Shown in pieces: positions 13,296 through 28,771 of a DNA stretch of 64,000 nucleotides. The stretch is from assembly GCA_012295275.1 (NCBI GenBank), contig CM022679.1, positions 14,198,001-14,262,000 on the forward strand, in the 5' to 3' direction. This DNA is from Chrysomallon squamiferum (lineage: Eukaryota > Animalia > Mollusca). Below the pieces are notes generated by a model. It saw only the letters and a program-made list of their open reading frames with translations. It was not told where the DNA came from and searched no databases. Each line of letters starts with the position of its first letter. Position 1 is the first letter of the stretch. Both the position numbers and the translations under genes were made by a program.

Positions 13296-14994
13296 CACTT
13301 AATCTAACAACTGAGCTAATATAAGCTTTTACTGCAACCTTCCCCATCCAAATTCCCCTACCAAAAACAATCAAACAAAACAAAGTCAACCTTAAGTGAA
13401 GAACGGCATGAAACAAGAAGAAAGAATATGCTAATTAAGAATGTTGGAGCAATGCAAGGTTTGTTGTTCAGTTTCAGTGTTGCATAGACAAGAATCTTGT
13501 CTTTATTTTTTACAGTTATTAGATGTCTTTTGCCAGGAATACTGTAGAGAGTCAGAACTGTGTTAAATGTTGTTCACACCAAAAATACTAAGTTGTACAC
13601 ATTCAACAAATAATGCAAGAATTCATAAATATCATGTGTCAGTAACAGAATTTGTAAACATTTTATAATAATAATAATAATAATTAATATAATTAAAAGA
13701 AGAAAAACAATAGAAGTAGAAATAATTGAAGATAGAAAAATAATTATAAATAATAATTGTAATAATAATTTTAAAATAAAAACAGAAAATGATTAAAAAT
13801 AAAAAATATTAATAATAACAGTAATAATAATAAATAAAATCAGAAAATGATCAAAAATAAAATAACAACAATAATAATAATTAATAAATAAAAACAAGAA
13901 CATCTCAATATGTGTATGTTGTATTTTTGCATGTGTTATACTAGCATGCATGTGTATGTGAATGCAAAGACAGAAGAAAAAAAACATTTCTTGAATCAGA
14001 AACAGATATAAGATATACGTTATCTTACTATGAATACTTTCTTGCTTTGTTTACAAGAATCACTGTTATTTTTTCCCCCAGTTTGAATAACAAGGGTTGA
14101 TCTGTATGAAAAATCTGTTCTGAACTATTCTGGCTGAACAACATGACCCATGATCTAATGAGTCAGACAAAACCAGACAAGTGCTGGATCTATTATTACA
14201 AGATTATTTAACCATGATGAGCTGGAAAATTAGGTTATTAACATAATCTGTATCATGTTGGCAAAACTCATCTTTAAATCTGTCTAAATTTGGTTTTAAA
14301 GATGCTGGTTAATAATTCATCTTAGTGATGAAAGAATAGTATAAAAATTTAAAATTTTTATTTTCTTGAAATATGAATTATATATGAGAAGAATGGCAAA
14401 TGGGATTTAAATTATGGAGAAGAACAAATATTAAAATAATAAAAACAACAACAACAACAATAATAATCATAATCATCATAATAAAAATAACAATAACCAT
14501 AATCATTATGACAACAATAATAAAAAATAAATAATATTTTTTAAAAAGACAAAATGAAGAAACAACAATATAAAGGAAAGAAAACTGACAGGTTTTTCTC
14601 CAACTATCATTCTCTTAGACAAATGTACAGTGACTCTGTCTGGAACTGCTATGCCCTGCAGGCAGCTCAAAGGGTCTGATCAGCAATGATGTCTTCATTA
14701 CCATTATTTAACGAAGACGTTTTCTGCAATATTCCCAAAAGTAGCAAACATTGCCAGTAATGGCCTGTGTTGCATCTTGACTACCAATTTCATCATTGAA
14801 GGGATCTGATGAAAATCTCTCATGTATAAAAATACTTCTTCCACAACAACACTGGGATCAAAATATTTTTATAATGGGCAAGGACGGTAATGACACTTGT
14901 TGAGTTGTTTTTCTTTGTCTTTTCTGAATTTTTCTCTTCTTTTTTATTTCTTTTTTCTGTTGTTCTGTCTCTGGCTGTGCCCTTCCAATGCTTG

Positions 14995-14999
<5 letters not shown>

Positions 15000-15062
<63 letters not shown>
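15000..15062. repeat. (TC)n microsatellite
   Basis: Direct reading. Confidence 0.95.
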
Positions 15063-15065
<3 letters not shown>

Positions 15066-15617
15066 TTTCTTCATCACTCTTTCACTTTCATTCTCTCTCT
15101 CTCAGTGTCTGTCTTTTTCTTTCTTCCACTTCTCCAACATTCTTTAGTTATCTTTAACTTCACTCCTCTGCTTTCACTTTCTCTCTATCCTTCTTTAACT
15201 TCTTCCCTTTTTTCTTGCTCTCTTTCTCTCTCTGTATCTCTCTGTCTTTCTACCTCCAAATGATAACACTGAAAACAATTCTGGTCTGTAAGATGACCAA
15301 TAGCTGGAAGGGACTCGCCACTGCTATGCCAATAATGTCAGAGTGATTTGATATGAAGGGAAGATTAGTGTTAAATATTACACAAAACACGGCACCTGGT
15401 AATTGCTTTTTGTTACCAGTGAAGGACTCAAGTGATGCCTGAAGCAGTCACACACACACACAAGGAAGAACAATGAAAGAGAAGGATTTCAATGTTGAGG
15501 AGCTGATAGTCACACAATGTGCTGTCTGTCTGTGATATAACATATCGAAAATAAATTGTAATGTTAATTTATCTTTAAGAAATGAAATGTATTTAATAAG
15601 AATAGAAACTGTAACAA

Positions 15618-15656
<39 letters not shown>

Positions 15657-16039
15657 ATTAATTAATTAATTAATTAATTATTTAAATAAATTAGTGAAAA
15701 TGAAAAAAAGAAAAGAGAAAAGGAATAAAAAAATCAACAAAAAAACAAGATTATAATAATAGAACAAAAAGTAATATTGTTATAAAAAGTCATAAAAGAA
15801 AAGCTGTTCTCTGCTGTACTGTACAATAATTTTGATCAAAAAGCATAAAACAGTTGATGGATAACACTAAGATTAATGACTGACTTCAAGTGTCAATATT
15901 TCACTTGTATTTGTTACATTATTGGAAGATTCTGAGAGGCACATTTCTGGTGTCCGCTGATTTGAACATGTTGCTAATGCACCATGAAATTCAAAAACTT
16001 GCGAGCCGCAACAGCTGAAAGTTTTTATCACACACATTT

Positions 16040-17230
16040 CACAGATTAATGATTCAAAGATGTTTGATATTTGTCATAAAATTCCAGGAATCATGATTCA
16101 GGAATTTACTGTGTATTTATCTCTCTCATTATAAGAGATTAAAGTTTCAGACGGTGCCGTAATTCAGTGTAAGAAGTGTTACAAATTACTGCATAACAGG
16201 TTATTTAATTTACCATAAAAATAGCCAATTCTCACAACAGTGGGTATCGATTGTTAATTCATATTAAACAGTTCTCTCTGAGTATTAAAGTTTACTGTAA
16301 GAAGATATATAGAGTAATACATGTCCGGTTACTCGACTCATCAATTTTGATATGAGAATATACTGAGAATCAATTCATTATCATACATATATTTCCGAAT
16401 ATGAAATGCCAGTGTAAAAAAATATATATATGTAGATTAATCAGTGAAATATTATTTAATTAACCATAAAATTCCACAATCATGATATAATAATGCAGTT
16501 TAGTATTTATACCTTAATAATTAGGGATTAATTCTGAGTCAGTGTCATAACTAAACAAGATTAATAAGTGAAAAATTATTTAATTAAACATAAGATTTAA
16601 AAACAGAAACTGTGTGAGGACATAGTCATGACTGACTTATACACAATAAATAAATTTTACAAGGTCATAATGCAGTATGAAATTCTGTAGTGAGACGGTA
16701 ACATGCATCAGTGCTTCACAAATTATTTATTATTTAATTTAGCATAATATTCAGCCAGCATAATATCCTGCTATATTTCATATTAGCTGTCACAATGCAA
16801 AGATTAATCCACTGTCAGTGTCATAATTCAACAGGATATTTTATAGTAACAAGATTTGTGAAATAATAAATGAAAAATTATTTAATTTACCATTAAAGAC
16901 AAATGTTGTAATAAGAGAATATACTGATATTTATCTCAAGTAATTTAAAGATATAATCCTAAGGCATTGATATTCCATAGCAACAAGATATACAGATTAA
17001 TGAGTGAAATATTACTTAATTTGATATAAAATGTGCCAATTTTGTGATATATGAGAGTGTACACAGGATTAACTTCCACATTACATAGATTAAAGTTTTT
17101 AATATTTGAAGAATGTCTTATATATGAATTTAACCAGATGTTTGGATTAATTATGAAAAATTTCTTAATAAACCATAAAATTCAATAATTTGATATAACA
17201 CACCCATAATAATATACTAAGTATTTATTT
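16040..17230. repeat. Ancient degenerate tandem array (~120-190-bp units)
   Basis: Recurrent agattaat..gtgaaa.attatttaatt.accataaaatt and cagtgtcataa blocks, about 6-7 times. Confidence 0.6.
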
Positions 17231-17238
17231 AAGACTTA

Positions 17239-17300
17239 CATTATCAAAGAATGTCTTAACAAGAAATTCCATTATCAAAGAATGTCTTAACAAGAAATTC
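17239..17300. repeat. Perfect 31-bp tandem duplication
   Basis: cattatcaaagaatgtcttaacaagaaattc occurs twice in tandem. Confidence 0.9.
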
Positions 17301-17588
17301 TACTGTGAAAAATGGTTACTTTTTCTTATATTATAAGGATTAATTTTCTTTTTAAAATTTTAGGACAAGAAATACAAATTTATACACATCTACACATACA
17401 CAAGCCAACACACTCTTACACACATGTACACACATACACACACACACATAGGCACTCAAACACAGGCACACAATACACACAAATTCACACACTTACACAT
17501 ACATATAACCAAACACACACACAAACACAGGCACACACAGACAAACACAGACACACACCTACACATGCACACATACATACATTCAAAA

Positions 17589-17622
<34 letters not shown>

Positions 17623-18971
17623 GAACTTCCGTTTTTATTCAACATCATCTTGGAATTAATGACTCCAACATTTTCTTTAATTCGACGTTAAAACCCGGAG
17701 ATCTCACAGCTAGTTTTTATCTGGTGAATTACACGGATTAATGAAAGTTAACTGGTGAAGCAATGAGCTGGAATGACTAGAACACAGATAACAGTAATGA
17801 CTCAATGTGAGGCATCGAAGAAAACATCTTTAAAACAAAATCAAGTAGAGAGATCGACAAAGCGATAGTGACAAAACCGGAAGAAAATGATGAATATTTA
17901 CTGATGTATTGATCTTTGTGTCAAAAATCTCATCTTTCTTTTTACTTATTTTTTTAAAAATGTTCATGAAACTTCCAAGTCTGCTAATTAAGACAATAAA
18001 TATTCATGGGGAAGAAATTACTACTGGATGAAACATGGTCAGAATGTTAATGTGATGAAAAATTTCTAATAACTTTTTTCGTTTTATAAATTTTTAAATT
18101 TAAGTTTATTAAAAATGAAATGTTATTTCGATAATAAAGGTCTATGTTAATATACTCTGTACTGTGTTTAATGTACATAGAATGAAATCTGTTCAAACAA
18201 TCTCAGATTTCAAACTTACTTATAAATATAAATCACTTTGTCCAAGCAAACTTTAGATATTTATTTGTTGTGTATTAAACAACTAGATTAACAAAATAGT
18301 ATAATTAAAAACAAAATAATTTTAATACCAAGATGGTTTAAACAATTCAAAATATATAGACTATATATATTAAATTAACTTTAACTTATAGTTAAAATGT
18401 TTAAGATCTATCCTCTCAAAAATTAGCTATTGAACACTGTTCTGTAATAAAGAGGAATGCAGCATAATCAAACAACAGAATCATTTCATCAACTAGTTAA
18501 TTAAAAAATATCCTTAAATAAAAAACATCAAATTAACTTTTAATTTTTAAAACATATAACATTCTCCAAGCAAAAAATAAGAATTTTAATACATTTCTAT
18601 AATTAAGACGACGTTTTACAAATTTGTTTAACTAAAGCTAGAATAATTTTTAACTCAATTAATTTAGTTTCTTGCACGCTGCAGTGACTGTTAAAAATCC
18701 TAAATTCTTAAGTAATAAATGACACTGAATTATACTGAGTGTCTACAGTTAGTTAGATTTATATGTGGATATAAAAGATGTCTGTGTTCTTCATGGTTTA
18801 TGTACCCTAACTGAATGTAGTGTTGGCTGCCAAATAGCAATCATAGCCAGGAATTTTAGAATTGAGCGGACCACACTAAATCAAACATGCCAACAAGAGA
18901 AATCCCCAGTTATTTATATCTGTACTAAAAAACTGCATGGATGAATAGGTGACCAAAGTATTGAGAGAGTA

Positions 18972-18976
<5 letters not shown>

Positions 18977-19030
<54 letters not shown>

Positions 19031-19052
19031 CTGCATGTGTGTGTGTGTGTGT
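18977..19052. repeat. (GT)n microsatellite
   Basis: Direct reading. Confidence 0.95.
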
Positions 19053-19965
19053 ATTGGTGTGTGTCTGTGTCTATGAGTGAAAAAAAAGGACAGAAACAGA
19101 TTGACAGACAGATAGATGGAAAAAGAAAGAGAGCAAGAGAAAGAAAGAAAAGAAAAAAGAAATGAAAGACAAAATTCCAAACATTAATTTGTTATCAAAT
19201 CATAAACAGTGAAAATTTAATAAACAGAAGATAATATTTATCACCTATCAAGTGAAAAACATTTTCAAAAATTACCACCTAATTTACTTTATTCTTTGAT
19301 GTGCACAACAAGATAACCTCCAAAAACGAAAATATTACAAAACGTTACTTTAAATCTCCTATCAAAAAAATCTGAAAACATTAATTTTAGTGTTCTGAGC
19401 TTGTTCTCCAGCATGCACATTTCATTTTGAAAAGTTTACTTTTTCATACTGCAAACACAGGAGCTTCGTTTATTTTCGTGATAAACAAACTTTCTCAAAT
19501 TGTGGATATGATTAGATCTGAGGTTACTCTGACATTTAAAAGCAGTGACAGAAACAATCAAATACAGTGATGTTGTAAAGTACACTTTAAATCTGAGTTT
19601 TTCAGTTCAAAATGAACCTAAGCTGCATAATCGGAACTTTTTATTGATAGATTGAAGTCTTCTGCACTAAAGAGGTTCCTTATAGAGCTTTTTTTTTTTT
19701 TTTTCAGTTAAAAGCAGTTTTTATATTCAGTAAAATAATGTTCAGTTTTACACACACACACACACATACACACACACACACACACACATGATATGAATAC
19801 GAGATTAATTTCGAAGAATTTTTATTCATTATATTTTTTAAAAATATTTATTAAAGGGATATAAAAAAGTTGAAAAAATCAAACAAAAACAACAAACAAA
19901 TATACACACAAAAAATCCCAACTAAATAACAATTTATTTAAATGACCATAAAAAAAAAAACCCCA

Positions 19966-19999
<34 letters not shown>

Positions 20000-20599
20000 T
20001 AAATAACAATAATAACAACAAAAAATGTATTTGTTTTAAATATCACTATTCTGGGCTCAATTGTTCAGATTCTGTATTTCAGTGTTTAAGTGCAATCCAC
20101 AAAACTTCAGCATACATTCATTAATGACAGTTTTTTAGCTGAATAATACTACAGAAGCTGAAGATTAATTTTAAGGAAAATGTTCTCTTTCACCCGAATT
20201 TGAAGAATTCTGGGACAAATGGGCGATTATAAAACTAATCATTAATAACGTGTATGGTTTAAATGTTCCCAGTTGACCCTCATATATAAGAACTTGTATT
20301 TTAGTTAAGTAGTCTTCAAAATGATTAATTTAGAGAAAAAGAAGAAAAAAGTTTAATCCTAGATTAAATATGGAAAAAAAGATTTTTAGATAAGATTTTA
20401 TTACAAAAAAAAAAAATATATATAATGAAAGAAATAATATGGATGATGATGATTATAATAATAATAATTATAATAGACATATAACTATACAAACTAAAGA
20501 AAGAAAAATATTTAAAAAAAGTTAAGAAACAAAAATAATATTTACAGAAAAAAACAACAACTTAATATGATTAATTAATTAATTAATTAATAAACTTAC

Positions 20600-20698
20600 C
20601 ATTTTCTGGTATTAATTCTATGAGTTTCTCCAAACATTTGATCTTTTCTGAGTGGTCCTCAGCAATTTTCAGTTTTTCTAACAATGGTGCAAGATTAT
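20600..20698 (-). CDS. RAP1GDS1: RAP1GDS1/SmgGDS coding exon 2
   Basis: Acceptor ttactttttcAG ends at 20699; donor G|GTAAGT starts at 20599; 99 nt, phase 1-1. Encodes (D)NLAPLLEKLKIAEDHSEKIKCLEKLIELIPEN, resembling the human N-terminus MDNLSDTLKKLKI..CLDCLLQAL. Confidence 0.85.
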
Positions 20699-20877
20699 CT
20701 GAAAAAGTAAAATAAAATCTATAAGGACGGTTTACCTTTAAAAATAAAAATATATAAATAAATTTAAAAAAATATATAAAAAAAAATACAATACTGAAGC
20801 CTGAGCTTCTTTTCAAAATTATTTAATTCAACAGTTTAATAATTAATAAGATTTTATCACTTTATTCTGTGCTAATA

Positions 20878-20917
<40 letters not shown>

Positions 20918-21835
20918 ATATAGAGATGTGTATTTCTTGCTTATGCTTTCTTAATATAAAAAGGAAAGTGTTTCTTTCCTAACTCTTCACATTAAACAAA
21001 TAAAGATATTTTGCTATTATGATTAATCAAAAGAAAAAAAAAGAAAAAAAAAGAACAAAAAAATTAAAAATAAAAATAAAGAAAGACACATTTTATACTT
21101 TACAAATGATGTCATATTTTTTAAGTCTACCAGAAATTCAAAAAAAAAAAAAATAATGGAATGTCATTCAATAACCTTTTACTGATCGATGTGCACAATG
21201 CTATTTTATTAATTTTCTGAGAGAACAAAAAATTTATTCTCAAATTTAACACATTAGCATTCATCATTTTGAATCAGAGGATGCTTGTATGGTCAAACAA
21301 AACCCTATAACTTGAGTTACATCATCATTGCAGATATACACATGAGCACAGCTGCAAAATCTATCACACAAAAAAACCAACATGTATCTATGTAAATGAA
21401 GATAGATTACTCATCATCACTAACTGTCACCCTTAGCACTTGCCTGAGCTCTTCTTAGATGGATGACTGATTAGATAGGTGGTCCAGGGAAAGAAGGGAA
21501 ATACAGAAAAAACCCAGGAATGATCGAGAGAGGAATGCCACAAACAGACCACCATGGACACCAGCATCTTTTCCTAAATGTGATGATGGTTTATCTTCTG
21601 TGCAATGTTCAGTGAAGTTGTCTTAAATGACAACTTTGTATATCTGAGAGGGACAAACTTTTGATAATTTCCATTTAACAATAGGCGATAATTTTTGTTA
21701 GGATCTTCTGATGAACAGAAAGAATATTCAAGTTTCATACTGTACTTAGTAGCATAATGTTTAAGGTATTCTGTTAAGATGATAAACTTTGTCACCTACT
21801 GTACTTTAAATCACCATTTTACTGTTGAAGTAATG

Positions 21836-21840
<5 letters not shown>

Positions 21841-21900
<60 letters not shown>
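21841..21900. repeat. (TAA)n microsatellite
   Basis: Direct reading. Confidence 0.95.
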
Positions 21901-21902
<2 letters not shown>

Positions 21903-23829
21903 TAATGAAAAATAAAATGTTAAAGGAAAAACTAAATTAATCTTTTTATAATTAAACCAATAAAAATTATATTTTGTAAGACTATAAGTCTAAGTCCTTT
22001 ACTTTTACTTCTCTGAAGAAAAAATAATAAAAGTGAAGAAATAAGACAAAAATTGTTCATTCATAAAACAGTCAGTTTGAAATAAATGTAGTTTGTCTTT
22101 GTGCTTTTCTTTATTATTTGCAAAAACATTTATCTTAACACTTGCCCTTAACAAGGACAGATTCTATAAATGAAAGTTTTTGAAATCAGGATCAAAACTA
22201 ATCTAAAACCTCTTAATAATGTCATTAAACGGTGTCCTTATTAATAAATCACTTGGCAAAAATCAATAAACAATTAAAAATCTCCCACAAGAAACTGCTA
22301 ACATTTAGTCAATTATTTACTGAATTTTAATTGAAAGTGCTAAAATGGTGGCAACTAGAAAATGAATTGAACAGTGTGTGCTATAACAAAAAAAATCTTT
22401 ATTAGTTACTGTTGGATGAACAAATGGATTTGCTCCAGAACTTATTTCAATTTGCACAGTTAATGTCCATTAAGCAGACGATGCTTTAACTAAATATGTG
22501 CTTGGCCATGCAAGACTTGAACTTGGGGCCACTGAAGGACTGAACCAGTAAGACATTTTATGGTCCCAGTGAAAATTGAGAAAATTAATTACTGAAATCG
22601 TTAAGACTGAAAGAGGTTTTGTTAATTAATTAATTCAGTTAGCCATTCTGAGGGCTATGGATTACAGAATCAATCCGAAAACATGTCAGTGAATCTGCAT
22701 GGAGTAGGAAAATGCTTTTAGGAAATAAATGAAATATGTTTATTGGTAGTGTAACCTTTCACACGACACCATTTTGATTAAATTAATTATTTTTCTTTCT
22801 CTCTCTCTTGAACAAACATACACACATTCTCATAAATATTAACTCTCTCATTGTCTTTATCTATTTGTACATGCTAGCACACATACACACACACACACAC
22901 ACACACATATCTTTTCTCTTATTTTTTTTTTTTTTTTTTTTTAAATGCTGATGACATGTCTGAATGATAAAAGCTATTGCCCTTTCAGGACATTTCATTT
23001 GTTTTTGTTGTTTTTTAATTTTAAAAATGTCTGAGTTTGATAAATTCATTTTGATCAGTAGGGGGAAACTGTTTGTGAATAGTTTCATAGAAATTAAATG
23101 TTTTATAAATGTTTTTTTTTTTCACAGCAGTTTGGTTGTAGCTCAGTTTTCAGAATACTGTGTCAATCACCTGAACTATTTTCCTTTGCCAATCAGTTAT
23201 CACAATGCTGATTATGCTCGTTACTGTCTATGGGAAGGTAAATATAAAGGATTCTTGCTTGTTAACTGATGAGTATATCTTGGAATGGAAGCAGCTGGTT
23301 TTTCCCTTTGATCATGCTTACATAATAAAACAGAAGCTTGACATCAATGAACTGTTAATATTAAAATGTGTTGAGGTTATTTAACATTCATCAACTCATT
23401 TTGTAGTCACATCAATTGAAACTTCCTTATACAAGCATTGATTAATGTCTTGATGAAACTGACTTTATCTATGTTTGTAGCTAGTATCTTTACTTATTTC
23501 CAGATTCTACTATCTCAGATGCTTACAATTTATATCATTGTCTCACTAAAATTAATTTAAAGTTGTTTGATTTAAGATATGATGATAATTCATTCTATGT
23601 GAACAATAATAATAATTAGAAATTATTAATCTGCATGTGCAGATATGCACATGCTTGACTGGATGTACGTATGTGTGTGCATGCATGTGTATCATTAATA
23701 CAACCATGGCTACAAATTGAATTGACTAGATACATCTGTACAAGTAAAGAAAGTTAAGAATTTACATAATTAAGTACTATGAGGTGATTACTGGTGAACT
23801 TTTAACCCTATGGTACCTCAGGATGTTGC

Positions 23830-24060
23830 TAACCTCTGTAATAATAATTTAATATATTTCTAACAACAACAAAATAGTTTAATATACTTCAAAGAACTAT
23901 AAAACAGCTAGTGTATTTCTGTCAACCATGTAATAATTGAATATATTTTTGTAATTGTTGAATATATTTCTAACAACTGTATTATAGCTCTATCAACCAT
24001 GTAATAACTGAATATATTTCTAACAACTATGTAATAGCTAAATATACCATTAACAACTGC
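23830..24060. repeat. Degenerate ~30-bp tandem repeat
   Basis: Recurrent aacaactatgtaataattgaatatatttct-like units. Confidence 0.6.
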
Positions 24061-26303
24061 GTGCTACTTGAGTAAGGTTTTCGGTTAAAATGGTCCTGTT
24101 CTACCAGTCACTGATGCCTGCTGTCTGCAGGACAAATATAGCTCAGAGCTGTTTGTTTGCAAACATGCCAGAAATGAGGAATACTTTTAAAAACTGCAAC
24201 TGTCAAAACATCTATGTTGTTAGAAAACAACATCCGTGACAGCCTGTGTCTATTTGGAGATGTTCTGACCTAGCTGTTTTCATTAATGCTCCTTGCATGC
24301 TAGAAACACAAGACATTTCCATAAATCACATTTGTTCCCAGATTCATCAGCAACTTGTTATTTCTGTATAACAATTCTGGTGGAAGTATTTTAATCTAGA
24401 TATAATTTAATGTATGTGTATATATACAAAAGACAGCTTACCTACATGTGTGCACAAATATTCTCACATAAACAGAAGCAGAGTCATATTCAGTGATGAT
24501 AAGTATTTGTCAGTGAAAATAATTTATGAGATTAATGTATCAAATGATTCAAACGAAAAATATTTTTAGAAATGATTCGTTAATAATGTAACTGATAACA
24601 TCACATGAAAGACAGCTTTTTAGATTAAATTCTTTATTATGATGTGCAGATTAAAAAAAATAAAGAAGATAAAAACAAAACAAAAAAAAAATGAAACATT
24701 ATTATGATAGAAGATAATGGTTTTCATCCTGCAAAAACCCAGGACAAAGGCACAATAATGTTCATTTTTAAATGAAAGAAGTTAAAACAAAATGGTTGTT
24801 ATGCTGTTGCTGATGATAATGGAAATAAAAGTAATGATGGTAATCAGAAATTTATTATTTATTTTTCTATTTAAAACTTTTGAACATAATATATATATTT
24901 TTAAATTATTTATTTATTTATTTATTTATGTTTGTTTGTTTGTTTAACTTATTAAGATTTATAAAAAAATATAAAATCTCTTATTTATCTTATGATTCAA
25001 GCATTTCAATAATTAGTTTACAGCACAAACAAAATTGTTTGAAAATAATGTTACATGTATCATCCATAACTCTATCCATTTTTAAATATACATTTAGGTG
25101 TGCTTTTTAGATGCAGTCATTTTACTATGGTGTGTGAATGGTCAGAATAAAATTGAAAAAACATTGTAACTTCTTGATTTTAATTCATAGACTGAATTGT
25201 CACTTTGTATTTCATTACAAAACACATATAGCTTATGCTTCAAATTATACAATTAAGAATAATACATTTAAAAAAAACAGGATACATTATAACATGTGTA
25301 CATCATTTGTTTAATGATCAGAAAGCAAGGATTTCATATTTTAACCACTGCTATGTATATATATACAAACAAACCATGTATTGACAGTACAACTAAAATA
25401 AATAAAAGCTGTTTATACATTACAAAAATAAATATATTCATTTATAACAAACATAATGCTAGCTACAACATTATGTCTTCACTCAGACACCATTAAACAG
25501 ATGACTTGTCAAAAAAAAAACCAGCATACAGAACTCACACAAGCCTTGGTGAGAGAAAGATTAATTGATTTAGAATAAAATTTAAAAAAGTTCTGAAAAT
25601 TCAGATTTAATTGGGAAATGTTTAAAACCACTATATCCTTCTCATCCCTTTTTTTTTTCACCTCATAGTTGAAGCCACTGAAACTTCTAGAAATGACAAC
25701 TAGGAAGGATGTGCCAGAACCTTTGCAGTGTAAAGCCCTGATAAACTGTTTTGGATTGGATTCTTTTGTCAGTCTGTGTCTAATCCTTTAACACACAAAC
25801 ACGGCTAAACCCAGACTCCTGGTCTGTGTATCCAGGACATTCAGTGGACTGTAAGCTGGTTTCAAAATGGCTCAATGATTGATTGATCTCCCACCAAATC
25901 CATTTTGCTGGTGTTGTCCAGCGATAATTAACAGGATTAAGACACGTTCCACTCAAAGGCCATTAACTGTGTGAAAAATCAAAGGACAACAACACACACA
26001 CACACACTTGTTGTTGCCTGGTCAGTCAGCTGCTACAAGCTAATGACCACCGTCTTGAGAGGGGAAACCAGAAATTAACTGACCAATAAGTTGCCTCTTG
26101 TTCTTTGATCAAGTGGCTTGTTGGAGGTGAATCAATGAACATCAAGATAAAAACAATTTTCTTGGATGATCTGCTTCAGTGTGTGTTAGTTTATCTGTAT
26201 CTGATTTTGTACTGACACACAAATATCTTGCTGAAAATAACCAGAATTATTTTAGGTTATTTTTGTTTGATTTTTTAGAATTAATTTACTTTTACATATA
26301 TCA

Positions 26304-26342
<39 letters not shown>

Positions 26343-28565
26343 CTGTTATAATTAAACTGACTTATAAAATGTCTTTTGTATTTTTAGGCACAAAACAGAA
26401 TGAATGTTAGTAATGGATTGGTACATCTTTTTGTACATTCCAATCAATATTGTATTTAAAAAAACAACATTCAGTTGTAAAACATTTTTTGTTTACAGTT
26501 TAGAAATAAATACACGTAGTTTAAATTTAACATACATAATTTAGTTAAACTGTCTTTTATCTTTTCAGATAAGTCTGACAAATCTAGGCACTGCCAACTG
26601 AGTTGCAGATTTTTTATTTTTTTTATTTCTGTAAAAAATAAGATTTTTTTTTTTTTTTTTTTAATGTAAACAACATTTATTTTAGAAATTTAAATCAACA
26701 AAGACCATTATTTGGTATTAGCCATTATTGTATTTTAAGCTCTTTTTAAATCCTTTAATTTAAAGACATTTAAAGCAGCCTTATTGCACTGCAATGCTGT
26801 GACATTTAACTCATATTTCAAGATTTCTTTAGCTTAGTGCACAATCAGTTTCAATATTTCAAACATTATTTTTCAATTAAATGTTGCTGGGATGGATATC
26901 TTTTTTAAATTTAATTTTTTAATTTTTTTTAATTTATTTATAATTATTATTATTTTTTTTTTTTTAAAAAAAAAACAGAAAAATAAAACCATTGTTAATG
27001 TGCAAAATACTTTCTCTAGACAACTGATTCATGTTGGCTAATATTATAAACCATATTTTGCAACTCACTGCTAAATTTCATTGTTGTAGTGGTAAATAAA
27101 AAAATAATTATATGTGTCTGTAAAGTGTCTGTGAAATGTCCATAAAGTGCATGCTATTTATATGATATGTATGTACACACTGACACACATTATAATGTAC
27201 ATGTATTATATGGAATGTGTTTCAATATATTCATAATAATATTAGCCTATTAGAGAGAACAAAATATAAACTCTTAAAATTTCTTTTCAAACACCACTTC
27301 CAAATAGGAATAATTACCACCATCATTTTTAAGTTTATGATTTAACTTCTGAAACTTCTATCCTACTGAAACTGGATCATATTGTTAAAAAAACAAAAAC
27401 ATTCTGGAAATAATTTTAGTAAATTGATGTTAGACTGAAACTGGTCAAGAATAATTAGGTGAAGAAAACATTTAACTTAGTTTCAGCACAAGTTTACTTA
27501 AGTTATATCAGGCAGGTTTAGATCTTTCTTTGAGCATCCAAGCAATGAATTAATGACTAAATAAATGACTTTTTAACAACACCTTGGAATAACCTCAGCA
27601 AGAAGGGATATCTTATGTTTTAGATAACTCTGCATTTTTAAAAATACAACATAATTAAAAAAAAAAAAATTAAAATTATAAAAAATAAATAAAAAAGCAA
27701 TACTGAACATTATTGTTCATTTTTTTTTTTTTTTTTTCACTTTCAGATTTTTATATGTTAAAAAAAAAAAAAATCAAAGGTTAATACTGATGATTCATGC
27801 TTGGAACTGGAAGAAAAAATAATAATAAAAAAAAAGGTAGATGAAACTTTAGCATATTTTTTAGTTCAGGTATGAGACCGTACACCTGATCACAATCATG
27901 GACATCTTTACACCATCTTTATCAAAGTAACCATGACATTTAGCTGTAACCTCTTTCTTAGAAAGGTGAAAAATCACCTTTGGGCATGCAGACAAAACCT
28001 CTTATGATAAAACTGTAGGAAACATATAAATAAATATATTTATCTGTTACCAGAATACAGCAGTTAAAAACAAAAAGCTCAGATAATTGTTTTTAAATAT
28101 TTTGTTTAAAGTGATTCATTTCAAACAGCAGTGAATTCTTAAGGTTTCTCGGCAATGTTTATAAACCAGATGTTATAAGAATTGTGGGATTTTTAGTCAT
28201 GTTGCATAAAAGCATGTTATCTTTCTTTTAGAAGTGTTACGCTATCACAAAAACACTTAAATGAAAATGATTTAAAAAAAAAAATAATAATAATATAAAA
28301 ATTTTAAAATAAAAATATATATAAAATAATTATGTAGAATCATCTACATTTTCTTTTTCTGTTTCCATACTGGTTTTATCATAAAAACTCTCTAATGAAA
28401 ATGTTTTAAAAAAAAATGAACAATAGTATAAAAAATTTAAATTAAAAAAAAAAAAGGTTATCAATTATATTAGTGAAGTAATTATGCATAATCACCTACA
28501 TTTTCTTTTTCTGTTTCATAATGGTTTTTGTGTTACCATAAAAACCATTATAATGAGAATAATGT

Positions 28566-28600
<35 letters not shown>

Positions 28601-28724
28601 AAAGAAGAATTAAATGAAAAAATGAAAAGGTGAAAAAAAGAAAAGAAGTAATTTTGCTGAGGATTTCCTGGTATAAAAATGTATTTTCAATAAGGATTTT
28701 GCACTGAATTAGAATAACATTTAC

Positions 28725-28771
<47 letters not shown>

